Assembly: GCA_910577315.1 (NCBI GenBank)
Contig: CAJTME010000004.1
Coordinates: forward strand, 105,732 to 169,731
Length of the DNA: 64,000 bases
Direction of reading: 5' to 3'
Origin: an uncultured Muribaculaceae bacterium
Lineage (GTDB): Bacteria; Bacteroidota; Bacteroidia; Bacteroidales; Muribaculaceae
Shown here: piece after piece, positions 48,781-57,788 of the stretch
Numbering within the stretch: position 1 is the first letter of the stretch
Layout of the letters: each line of letters opens with the position of its first letter
Position numbers and translations under genes: made by a program
Notes under the pieces: generated by a model
Databases searched by the model: none
Told to the model about the DNA's origin: nothing
What the model saw: only the letters and a program-made list of their open reading frames with translations

Positions 48781-50490
48781 TTATTTCTTGTTGAAAAATT
48801 CAGTGAATACGTTTGCCGATACAGTGCCGTCGGTGAATATCTCGAGAATTACCGGGGAGGAATTGCTGCTCACAAGTTTCTTCATGGCAGCTGTGAGTTC
48901 ATCGGCATTTTCAGCGGATATATATTTGAAGCCGTAGGCAGCCGCAAGTTTTTTCAACGGAAGCCTTACTTCGGCGGCAAAATATTTTTCAAGTTCGGGT
49001 AAATCTCGTGTCGAGCGGATGAAACGGAAAATTCCGCCTCCTCCGTTGTTAAGTACGACTATCTTGAATTGCCGGGGTATGAAGGTTGTCGCAAGGGCGC
49101 CGATGTCGTATTGCATGCTCATGTCGCCGGTAATCAGCATGGTGGGCATGCTCGACATGCAGGCCGAACCGATGGCCGTCGACGTGCAGCCATCAATACC
49201 GCTCACCCCGCGGTTACAGTTCACGGAATTGGCTTTTGAATAATCGAACAGCTGGGCGTAACGCACTGAAGTGCCGTTGCTGAGATGGAGGTTCCACTGA
49301 TGGGGAAAACGAGCCATTACAATAGACATAGCCTTGAAGTCGCTCCACGGAGCCGTAGCAGCAAACTCCACGGCCCGCGTCATAGCATTGGCAGATGCCG
49401 TCTTCCATGCCGTTTTGAAAGCTGTCGTTTCGGAATTGTTGCGTTTGCGGATTTTAAGGGACAATCCCGACATCACTGCCCAGGGATGATACGGCAGGCG
49501 CAGGGACAGATGTCGGAATGTATCAACTCCGTTTTCATGCTCACCCACACTCCAATGCTCCACCTCCGGCAGTCGTCTCAACCATTTTTTAACGATGGCA
49601 GAGGTCACTGAGCCCCCTAGGGTTATGACGATGTCAGGAACGTAGGGGAACGAGTAGATGTCAGAAACCTGCCGCAACGTCGCGTCGATGTTGGTGATGA
49701 AATCTCCATACCCGTGGAGATTGCTCTGCGCCTCCTGCATGACCACTATATTTGGTCGCCGCGACAGCTCGCGCAGTATCGAATCCAAAAAACCGGGAGC
49801 CATCGTCCCTGCGAGAATCAGCACTTTTGCGGGAGGCATGAGGCGATTGGCAAGCTCCTCCATGACATCGTCGGGCGCGGATGGAGTTGTGGGAGCCGCG
49901 GTTTTTACAAGTCGTGAGAGCTCGCCGAAGTCATCAGCTGTTTCAACGTCACATTCTTCGCCGAGCGGTTCGGCCAACCGGATGTTTATGTGTACAGGCC
50001 CCGGACGCCCATGAGTGGCAAGGCTCAGGGCGTCGTTCATGCGGCGGTTAATCATCCACATACGGTCTGGTTCGTCACTCTCGACCGGGATGTCGAAAGT
50101 GCCTTTTATGAAATTTGAATATATTCCAGGTTGTATAATCGTTTGTGAGTCATCCTGGTCTATCCATTCTTCCGGTCGGTCGGCCGTTATTACTATCAGG
50201 GGCACGGCTCGGTAAAACGCTTCGGCTACGGCAGGTCCATAGTTGAGCGGAGCCGTTCCGGAGGTGCAGGCCAGCGCTACTGGGCACTGGCTTGCAGATG
50301 CCATGCCGAGGGCTATGAAACCTGCCGAGCGTTCGTCAATCACCACCCTCGTGTTTATGTCGGGATGGCGTTCGAGCGCTACAACAAGCGGTGCGTTGCG
50401 GCTGCCCGGCGAGACTACGGCTTCTCCAACGCCATGGCGCGAGAGAAGCGAGGCAAGCATGCGGGCGACCTTTTTCGTGGTATTTTTCAT
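48781..50490 (-). CDS. menD: SEPHCHC synthase
   Basis: SPGSRNAPL, DERSAGF, CTSGTA, NRGVSGIDG, GD..YD, NNGGGGIF. Confidence 0.96.
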   Translation of the reverse strand: MKNTTKKVARMLASLLSRHGVGEAVVSPGSRNAPLVVALERHPDINTRVVIDERSAGFIALGMASASQCPVALACTSGTAPLNYGPAVAEAFYRAVPLIVITADRPEEWIDQDDSQTIIQPGIYSNFIKGTFDIPVESDEPDRMWMINRRMNDALSLATHGRPGPVHINIRLAEPLGEECDVETADDFGELSRLVKTAAPTTPSAPDDVMEELANRLMPPAKVLILAGTMAPGFLDSILRELSRRPNIVVMQEAQSNLHGYGDFITNIDATLRQVSDIYSFPYVPDIVITLGGSVTSAIVKKWLRRLPEVEHWSVGEHENGVDTFRHLSLRLPYHPWAVMSGLSLKIRKRNNSETTAFKTAWKTASANAMTRAVEFAATAPWSDFKAMSIVMARFPHQWNLHLSNGTSVRYAQLFDYSKANSVNCNRGVSGIDGCTSTAIGSACMSSMPTMLITGDMSMQYDIGALATTFIPRQFKIVVLNNGGGGIFRFIRSTRDLPELEKYFAAEVRLPLKKLAAAYGFKYISAENADELTAAMKKLVSSNSSPVILEIFTDGTVSANVFTEFFNKK

Positions 50491-50565
50491 TTTTAATTAA
50501 AAAATGTGAATACGAGTAAACAAAGTTACGCATTTTTTTCTTAATTTTACAAGACTATTTCATTT

Positions 50566-51726
50566 ATGAGAAAGCTAATTCTGATATTGACGGCCCTGGT
50601 GGCTCCATATGTGCTTGCGGCTCAGACACCGCAAGACTCTGTGGCTGCGGTTGATTCTGTGGTTCCTGAAAAGAAGCCCGGGCTGATAAAACGTATTATT
50701 GATTATTTCGATGAGTCAAACAAGAAACCCATTGGCCGTAAGATGGACTTCAGTCTGATTGGCGGTCCATATTATTCTTCCGACTCGAAATTTGGCATAG
50801 GACTTGTGGCCGCGGGGCTTTACAATACCTTCCCGGAAGACACCCTTACCAAACCTTCCAATATATCGCTTTCGTTCAAAGCGACCACGGCAGCGCACTT
50901 TGAACTGGGTGTAAGCGGCGAGCATATTTTTCCGCACGACCGCTACCGCCTCACCTACGAGGTGTCTTTCTCGTCAATCCGCACCCGCTATTGGGGCGTG
51001 GGATATGACATGTGCAGCAATGATGACAATGAATCGAAATACCGTTACCTGGCGTCATCGGCTGAAGCCCACTTCGCATGGCGAATAGGACGGAACATAT
51101 ATCTGGGGCCGATGATGACTTTCAATTATGTTAATGCCGGCGACCTGCAGAAGCCCGAGTTGTGGGAGGGCGACCCGCTGCGCACGTTCAATTATGGTAT
51201 CGGCGCTTCGTTCCGTTTCGATACCCGCGACAATCTCACGGCTCCGAAACATGGCGTTTTTGTCCGTTTCGACCAGTCGTTTGATTTCAAATGGATGGGA
51301 AACAAGTATCCGTTCAAGGTAAATGAACTGACGGCCGCCTGGTATGGACCGCTATGGAAGGGCGCCACGCTCGCCACACAGCTCCACTGGCGGGTTACCT
51401 GGGGTGATACACCTTGGGCGCTGATGTCGTCGATTGGCGGCAGTTCGTCAATGCGTGGATATTTCGAAGGCCGTTACCGTGACAAGGGCGAAGCCGATAT
51501 TTGCGTTGAGCTGCGTCAGCATGTATGGCGCCGCAATGGTGTGGTTGCCTGGGTGGGCGCCGCTTCTCTCTTCCCAAAACTTTCTGAAATCAATTTCCAC
51601 GAAATTTTACCCAACTTTGGCTTCGGCTACCGCTGGGAGTTCAAGAAAAACGTCAATGTCCGCGTTGATGTTGGCTTCGGCAAACATCAGTCCGGCTTCT
51701 TCTTCAATATCAACGAGGCCTTTTAA
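50566..51726 (+). CDS. Omp85 (BamA/TamA-family) beta-barrel without POTRA domains
   Basis: Signal peptide; FDTRDN, MRGYFEGRYRD, GFGYRW, C-terminal EAF. Confidence 0.85.
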   Translation: MRKLILILTALVAPYVLAAQTPQDSVAAVDSVVPEKKPGLIKRIIDYFDESNKKPIGRKMDFSLIGGPYYSSDSKFGIGLVAAGLYNTFPEDTLTKPSNISLSFKATTAAHFELGVSGEHIFPHDRYRLTYEVSFSSIRTRYWGVGYDMCSNDDNESKYRYLASSAEAHFAWRIGRNIYLGPMMTFNYVNAGDLQKPELWEGDPLRTFNYGIGASFRFDTRDNLTAPKHGVFVRFDQSFDFKWMGNKYPFKVNELTAAWYGPLWKGATLATQLHWRVTWGDTPWALMSSIGGSSSMRGYFEGRYRDKGEADICVELRQHVWRRNGVVAWVGAASLFPKLSEINFHEILPNFGFGYRWEFKKNVNVRVDVGFGKHQSGFFFNINEAF

Positions 51727-51764
51727 TAGACCTGTGCCAATCCGGCCATTTGCTTTATCACACT

Positions 51765-53465
51765 ATGAAACCGTTAAAGGATATAATTCACCGCATTTTT
51801 TTCCCGGATGTACTTGTATGGTTCTATCCGGCCCTTTTGATAATTCCCAATATCATACTTGACATCACCGAATTCTCGTCTCCATTGGTCAAGGCAGCCA
51901 ATATATTGTTGCCTTTGGGCGTCTACCTTCTGCTGATGGGTTTATGGAAAAATGTAGGACGGACGGCGCTGTTCCTTTTTCCTGTGCTTTTCTATGCGGC
52001 TTTCCAGATTGTGCTTCTATATCTTTACGGAGAGTCCATCATAGCCGTGGATATGATTCTAAACGTTTTCACCACCAACGTCAGCGAAGCAACCGAACTT
52101 CTCGGCAATCTGGCCATCGCCATAATCACAGTGCTCATACTTTATATTCCTCCCCTCATAATCAGCATCGCGCTTGTGTCCGGGAAGAAGTATGCCAAAG
52201 CCGATACAATGCGCAAAGCCCGCAAGACGTCCGGCTGGCTTTTGGCCGTTGGCGGTGTATGCCTTTTGGCCTGTTTCATGTTTGTGCCCAGATTCAATGT
52301 CCTGCGTGACATATTTCCCGTAAATGTCATGCATAATACCGTAACGGCTCTTAAACGCACAGCCGCCACTGAGGACTATTACCGCACCTCGGCCAATTTC
52401 TCTTATAAGGCCACATCGTCGCGTCCGGTCGAAGACAAGGAAATATATGTTCTTGTGATTGGCGAAACCTCCCGAGCCGACAACTGGCAGCTATTCGGTT
52501 ATGACCGGCCCACCAATCCCAGGCTATCCCGTCGGGATGGATTGCTTAAATATCCTAAGACGCTTTCCGAAAGCAACACCACTCACAAGAGCGTGCCACT
52601 GATGATGTCGTGGGTGACAGCCAAAAATTTCGGAGACTCCATATATACAGCAAAAAGCGTCATTTCCGCATTCAATGAATCGGGCTACCGCACTGCATTT
52701 TTCTCAAATCAGGGCCGTAATCATTCATTCATCGATTTCTTTGCGCGTGAAGCGCAGTCGACGGTATTCCTGCACGATGACTCGCAGACTCACTATGATG
52801 CTGAATTGGTGCCGATGTTGAGCCGTTTCATCAACGAATCGCCAAGCAACAAACTCTTCATTGTGTTGCATACCTACGGCTCTCACTTCAACTATAACGA
52901 GCGGTATCCTGCCGACCGCTCGGTGTTCACACCCGACGGAAATACCGAGGCCGACCGTGCCAACCGCGATGAACTTATCAATGCCTATGATAATACTATT
53001 GTATACACTGATGCGTTGCTTGACGGAATCATCTCTGCGCTCGAAGCACAAAATTGTCAGTCAGCCCTGATGTATCTTTCCGACCATGGCGAGGATATTT
53101 TCGACGACCGCCGTGGTCGCTTCCTCCATGCGTCGCCAGTTCCGACTTATTGGCAACTTCACGTTCCGCTGCTGATTTGGATGTCACCTCAGCTGCGCGA
53201 ATCACAGCCGGAACTGTATGTAGCCGGCGCGAAACATCAGAATCTGAACGTGGCTTCATCGCGCGTGGTGTTCGACACTATGTTGTCGCTTGCAGGAATT
53301 GAGACTCCTTATGCCGACCGTGCAAAAGCGCTTACCGACTCTACCTATCATCAGGGAAAACGACTGTATCTTAACGACTACAACGAGGGTGTGGTCCTCG
53401 ATGCCGCCGGCCTGCGCAGCTACGACCGAGATATGCTTGCCTCGAAAGGCATAGCTGAAAAATAG
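51765..53465 (+). CDS. Phosphoethanolamine transferase (EptA-like)
   Basis: N-terminal TMs; LVIGETSRADN, SNTTHKS (catalytic Thr), HTYGSH, NAYDN, SDHGE. Confidence 0.9.
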   Translation: MKPLKDIIHRIFFPDVLVWFYPALLIIPNIILDITEFSSPLVKAANILLPLGVYLLLMGLWKNVGRTALFLFPVLFYAAFQIVLLYLYGESIIAVDMILNVFTTNVSEATELLGNLAIAIITVLILYIPPLIISIALVSGKKYAKADTMRKARKTSGWLLAVGGVCLLACFMFVPRFNVLRDIFPVNVMHNTVTALKRTAATEDYYRTSANFSYKATSSRPVEDKEIYVLVIGETSRADNWQLFGYDRPTNPRLSRRDGLLKYPKTLSESNTTHKSVPLMMSWVTAKNFGDSIYTAKSVISAFNESGYRTAFFSNQGRNHSFIDFFAREAQSTVFLHDDSQTHYDAELVPMLSRFINESPSNKLFIVLHTYGSHFNYNERYPADRSVFTPDGNTEADRANRDELINAYDNTIVYTDALLDGIISALEAQNCQSALMYLSDHGEDIFDDRRGRFLHASPVPTYWQLHVPLLIWMSPQLRESQPELYVAGAKHQNLNVASSRVVFDTMLSLAGIETPYADRAKALTDSTYHQGKRLYLNDYNEGVVLDAAGLRSYDRDMLASKGIAEK

Positions 53466-53681
53466 CGGTCAGCGCGTTGTCTCTTATACAGATTGCATTT
53501 GTCTGGTTAAGATGTATTTGGATTGCTCAATTCATAGGACAATCCTTTTCGTTTTAGGAAATATATGACAGGCGTAAAATTATAAAAGTTATCCAAAACT
53601 AAATACCATATACCTAATATATAGTAAGTTATAGAATTTTGGATGCTAAAAAGTTGTCCAAAACGATTATTTTTGAAATTA

Positions 53682-53713
53682 TTTGGATAATAAAAAAAGT
53701 AATCGTAACTTTG
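53682..53713 (+). promoter_or_regulatory. nrdDG promoter
   Basis: TTTG-N20-TAACTTTG. Confidence 0.8.
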
Positions 53714-53766
53714 CAGCATCTTTAATTCTCACCCCCCCCAAAAAAAATACCTCCTAAGAACCAACG

Positions 53767-55974
53767 ATGATACAGATTGTAGTTAAGCGCGACGGCCGTG
53801 TCGTGGGCTATAACGAAGAAAAAATCAAAGCCGCTATCCGCAAAGCCATGCTGGCAACCGAGCTTGGCGAGGATGAGTCGTTAATCAACAAGATAGCCAC
53901 ACGCATCGGAGCACATGGCAATGAACGCATGACCGTGGAGGAGATTCAGGACCTCGTGGAACTGGAACTCATGCAGAGCTCCCGCAAGGAAGTGGCTCGC
54001 CGTTACATCGCCTACCGTGACCAGCGTTCACGTGCCCGCCGCGCCAAGACACGCGACCTGTTCATCGAGATCATCGAGACAAAAAATAACGAAGTCACCC
54101 GCGAGAATGCGAACATGAACACCGACTCGCCCGCGGGCATGATGATGAAGTTCGCATCGGAGACCACAAAACCTTATGTAGACGATTACCTGTTGAGCGA
54201 GGAGGCCCTGCATGCCGTGCGCCATGGTTACATCCATATCCATGACAAGGACTATTATCCCACAAAGAGCCTCACATGCGTTCAGCACCCTCTCGACCGT
54301 ATCCTTGAATACGGATTCATTGCCGGCCACGGCGAAAGCCGCCCTGCGAAACGTATCGAGACTGCCAGCGTGATTGCGTGCATATCCCTTGAAACGGCTC
54401 AGAATGAGATGCACGGAGGCCAGGCCATTCCTGCCTTCGACTTCTATCTCGCCCCGTTCGTGCGCGCGTCGTTCATTGAAGAAATAAAAAATCTTGAAAA
54501 ACTCTACGGCGAGGATTTCTCAGATTTATATAACGTCGAGCTTAAAGACTATGAGAAGAAAGAGCTTGACGGCCTCACTGGCCGCGACAGGGTGCTCGCC
54601 CATGCCGTCAACCGCACCGTCGCACGAGTGCATCAGGCCATGGAGGCTTTCATCCACAACATGAACACCATACACTCTCGCGGCGGCAATCAGGTTGTGT
54701 TCTCGTCAATCAACTACGGCACGGACACCTCAGCCGAAGGCCGCTGCATCATCCGCGAACTGCTCAAGTCCACATACGAGGGAGTCGGCAACGGCGCCAC
54801 AGCCATATTCCCCATTCAGATATGGAAGAAAAAGCGTGGTGTAAGCTACCTGCCCGAAGATCCCAATTACGACCTCTACCAGCTGGCATGCAAGGTTACG
54901 GCCCGTAGGTTCTTCCCCAATTTTGTCAATCTTGACGCAACGTTCAATCAGCATGAGAAATGGGATGCCAACGATCCCAAGCGTTACCAGTATGAGGTGG
55001 CAACCATGGGCTGCCGCACCCGTGTGTTCGAGGACCGCTACGGCGAGAAGACATCCATCGGCCGTGGAAACCTCAGCTTCACAACCATCAACATCGTACG
55101 CATCGCAATCGAGTGCATGAGCATAAAGGACAAGGAGGAACGTATCGAAAAATTCTTCAAGGATCTCGACAACATACTCGAAGTGGCTGCCCGTCAACTG
55201 TGCGACCGTTTCGACTTCCAGAAGACTGCCCTTGCCAAACAGTTCCCCCTGGTAATGTCGAAATTGTGGAATGGTTCGGATGTATTGAAACCGACCGACA
55301 CCATCGAGCCTGTCATCAATCACGGCACTCTCGGCATCGGTTTCATCGGTCTGGCCGAATGTCTCGTGGCTCTTATCGGCAAGCACCATGGCGAAAGCGA
55401 CGAGGCTCAGAAACTCGGCCTTCGCATTGTGGGACACATGCGCTCACGCGCCAACGAGTTCTCCGAACGATATGACCACAACTTCTCCATTCTCGCCACA
55501 CCTGCCGAAGGCCTGTCAGGCAAATTTACGACCAAAGACCGCAAGTCGTTCGGCATAATCGAGGGCATCACCGACAAAATCTATTACACCAACTCCAATC
55601 ATGTCCCCGTTTACTACCACTGCTCGCCCCGCCATAAAGCGGAAATCGAGGCTCCGTACCACGAGATGACGCGCGGCGGTCACATATTCTATGTTGAAAT
55701 CGACGGCGACGCCACCCACAATCCTGAAGCCATCGCCAATATCGTTGACCTGATGGACAAACACAACATCGGCTACTGCTCGGTAAACCACAACCGTAAC
55801 CGCTGCATGGAGTGCGGCTATGAGGACGCGTCAGCAGATTTGCAGGAATGTCCCCGCTGTCATTCTCACGTCATCGACCGCCTGCAACGCATCACCGGCT
55901 ATCTTGTCGGAACGACAGACCGCTGGAACAACGCCAAGCTTGCCGAACTTAACGACCGCGTGGTTCACGAGTGA
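53767..55974 (+). CDS. nrdD: Anaerobic ribonucleoside-triphosphate reductase (class III) with ATP cone
   Basis: VVKRDG ATP cone, ENAN, HIHD, MGCRT, GRGN, TPAEG, YTNS, CxxC..CxxC, RITGYL. Confidence 0.97.
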   Translation: MIQIVVKRDGRVVGYNEEKIKAAIRKAMLATELGEDESLINKIATRIGAHGNERMTVEEIQDLVELELMQSSRKEVARRYIAYRDQRSRARRAKTRDLFIEIIETKNNEVTRENANMNTDSPAGMMMKFASETTKPYVDDYLLSEEALHAVRHGYIHIHDKDYYPTKSLTCVQHPLDRILEYGFIAGHGESRPAKRIETASVIACISLETAQNEMHGGQAIPAFDFYLAPFVRASFIEEIKNLEKLYGEDFSDLYNVELKDYEKKELDGLTGRDRVLAHAVNRTVARVHQAMEAFIHNMNTIHSRGGNQVVFSSINYGTDTSAEGRCIIRELLKSTYEGVGNGATAIFPIQIWKKKRGVSYLPEDPNYDLYQLACKVTARRFFPNFVNLDATFNQHEKWDANDPKRYQYEVATMGCRTRVFEDRYGEKTSIGRGNLSFTTINIVRIAIECMSIKDKEERIEKFFKDLDNILEVAARQLCDRFDFQKTALAKQFPLVMSKLWNGSDVLKPTDTIEPVINHGTLGIGFIGLAECLVALIGKHHGESDEAQKLGLRIVGHMRSRANEFSERYDHNFSILATPAEGLSGKFTTKDRKSFGIIEGITDKIYYTNSNHVPVYYHCSPRHKAEIEAPYHEMTRGGHIFYVEIDGDATHNPEAIANIVDLMDKHNIGYCSVNHNRNRCMECGYEDASADLQECPRCHSHVIDRLQRITGYLVGTTDRWNNAKLAELNDRVVHE

Positions 55975-56450
55975 TGGAAACATTGCGGGTAATCGACATT
56001 ATTGAAGGAACCTCGGTCGACGGACCGGGGCTCCGTACGTCGATCTATCTTGCCGGGTGCGAACATCGCTGCCCCGGTTGCCATAATCCCCACACATGGT
56101 CACGTGACGCGGGGCGCGACATGACCATCGCTGAGATTCTTGATGCCGTCGAAGCCGCTGACTTCAATGTGACCCTGTCGGGTGGTGACCCCATCTACCA
56201 GGCTGCAAGTCTGCTGCCGCTACTCAAGGAACTCCACAGCCGAGAACGCACCGTCTGGCTTTATACTGGCTTTACCTATGAACAATTGCTTGAAATGCCC
56301 GACGCAAAGGCACTCATGCCATATCTCGAGGCCATAGTCGACGGTCCCTTTGTCGAAGCGCTGCGCGACACCACCCTGCGTTTCCGGGGATCTTCCAACC
56401 AGCGGATAATCTATCCAAATACGAAAAAAGATTTGCAAATGTCAAAATAA
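55974..56450 (+). CDS. nrdG: Anaerobic RNR activating enzyme
   Basis: VDGPGLR, GCEHRCPGCHN, SGGDP, DGPF, FRGSSNQR; TGATG overlap with nrdD. Confidence 0.96.
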   Translation: METLRVIDIIEGTSVDGPGLRTSIYLAGCEHRCPGCHNPHTWSRDAGRDMTIAEILDAVEAADFNVTLSGGDPIYQAASLLPLLKELHSRERTVWLYTGFTYEQLLEMPDAKALMPYLEAIVDGPFVEALRDTTLRFRGSSNQRIIYPNTKKDLQMSK

Positions 56451-56463
56451 ACAGCTAACTTTG
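56432..56463 (+). promoter_or_regulatory. tRNA promoter overlapping the nrdG 3' end
   Basis: TTTG-N20-TAACTTTG. Confidence 0.75.
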
Positions 56464-56497
56464 CACTCGCAAACAAGCAACGCAACCTAAGTTGCAC

Positions 56498-56571
56498 GGC
56501 CCTATAGCTCAGTTGGTCAGAGCACCTGACTCATAATCAGGGAGTCCTTGGTTCAAGCCCAAGTGGGGCCA
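56498..56571 (+). tRNA. tRNA with CAT anticodon, most likely tRNA-Ile2 (lysidine) rather than Met; CCA not encoded
   Basis: Acceptor GGCCCTA/TGGGGCC, D-arm AGCTCAGTTGGTCAGAGC, anticodon arm CCTGA-CTCATAA-TCAGG, T-arm CTTGG-TTCAAGC-CCAAG; resembles ileX-type tRNAs. Confidence 0.95.
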
Positions 56572-56578
56572 CGGAAAT

Positions 56579-56630
56579 GGAAAGACGCTTACAATCACCA
56601 AGTTACGGATTGTGGCGCCTTTCCTTTTTT
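56579..56630 (+). terminator. tRNA terminator
   Basis: GGAAAGACGCTTACAATC/GATTGTGGCGCCTTTCC imperfect stem followed by T6. Confidence 0.7.
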
Positions 56631-56817
56631 AGCCCGCGCGGTCAAAAAAAGACTTGTCGGATGGCGCAAACAGCCGATTTTTGCCTCCTTTTGGAGCAAA
56701 TGTTTGCTCAAATGTTTGCACATTTCTTTGCAATTCTTCCGGGCTGTTGATGATGCAGGTCTGTTTTTTATTTTGTAATAAATTGCATACCTTTGCGGGG
56801 ACTAATTTAATCTTACC

Positions 56818-57780
56818 ATGTTGACAGATTTATATAATTCCAAATTTGCCATATTGCCGTTCGTGTTGATGATGGGAGCGTGCGGAGCCGTGAGTGACGA
56901 GAAAGAGCCGGTTCCATCAAATCCTCCTGCATTGCAGACGGCATCCACAGGCAATGTCCACCGCCATTACATCATTTCACCACAGATGGGCGATACCGTC
57001 ACCATTGATGTATGGACCCCGGAGGGATATGACGGCTCCTCGCGCCGTTACCCCGTGATTTACATGCACGACGGACAAAACCTTTTTGACGCTACGACCA
57101 CATGGAATCACCAGTCTTGGGAAATGGATTCCGTAATCGGGACCCTGATTGCCGACGGAAAAATCTCAGTTCCGGTAATCGTTGGCATACACAGCGTGGC
57201 TGAAAGCCGTAAGGGAGACCTGATGCCGGAGAACGCTTTAAAATATCTGCCCGAAAAAAGGAGTGAGGCCGTGGATGAATTTCTTGACACAACTTCGCTG
57301 CGCGGGAATGCCTACGCCGCTTTTATCGTGAACACACTCAAGCCCAGGATGGATGCACTCTACCGTCTGTCGCCAGAACGTGATTCGACATTCGTAATGG
57401 GCTCGAGCATGGGTGGCCTCATGTCGATATATGCAATGTCGGAGTATCCCGAGACATTCGGCGCCGCGGGTTGTCTTTCGACCCACTGGATTGGAACGCT
57501 TGACGGCAACAATGCATTTTCCGACGCCATGTATGCCTATCTGGACGAGAAGCTTCCGCGCGACGGTCATCACCGCCTATATCTTGACCATGGCACAACC
57601 ACGCTCGACAGCCTTTACGGGCCATCGGAAGAGCGCATGATCGGACTTGTCAGGTCGCATGGCTATTCCGAAGAGCACGGCACCCTTGAGACATTTGTCG
57701 ATGAGGGCGGCGCGCATCAAGAGAGCAGCTGGGCGGCGCGTGTTTGGCGTCCGCTGCAATTCCTTCTCGGTAAGAAATAA
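56818..57780 (+). CDS. Alpha/beta-hydrolase esterase (Fes/CE1-like), probable lipoprotein
   Basis: MMGAC lipobox-like; YPVIYMHDGQNLF, GSSMGG, LYLDHG, HQESSW. Confidence 0.88.
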   Translation: MLTDLYNSKFAILPFVLMMGACGAVSDEKEPVPSNPPALQTASTGNVHRHYIISPQMGDTVTIDVWTPEGYDGSSRRYPVIYMHDGQNLFDATTTWNHQSWEMDSVIGTLIADGKISVPVIVGIHSVAESRKGDLMPENALKYLPEKRSEAVDEFLDTTSLRGNAYAAFIVNTLKPRMDALYRLSPERDSTFVMGSSMGGLMSIYAMSEYPETFGAAGCLSTHWIGTLDGNNAFSDAMYAYLDEKLPRDGHHRLYLDHGTTTLDSLYGPSEERMIGLVRSHGYSEEHGTLETFVDEGGAHQESSWAARVWRPLQFLLGKK

Positions 57781-57788
57781 TTCACTGT

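Noticed and set aside
53607..53634. dif-like 11-6-11 pattern CATATACCTAA-TATATA-GTAAGTTATAG
   Set aside because: The XerD arm matches TTATGTTAAAT at only 7/11 in very AT-rich DNA; too weak
53732..53747. C8A8 homopolymer in the nrdD 5' UTR as a phase-variation tract
   Set aside because: Short, outside the promoter spacer and CDS, with no evidence of length variation
56548..56778. 76-aa ORF downstream of nrdG
   Set aside because: Overlaps the tRNA and its terminator; spurious
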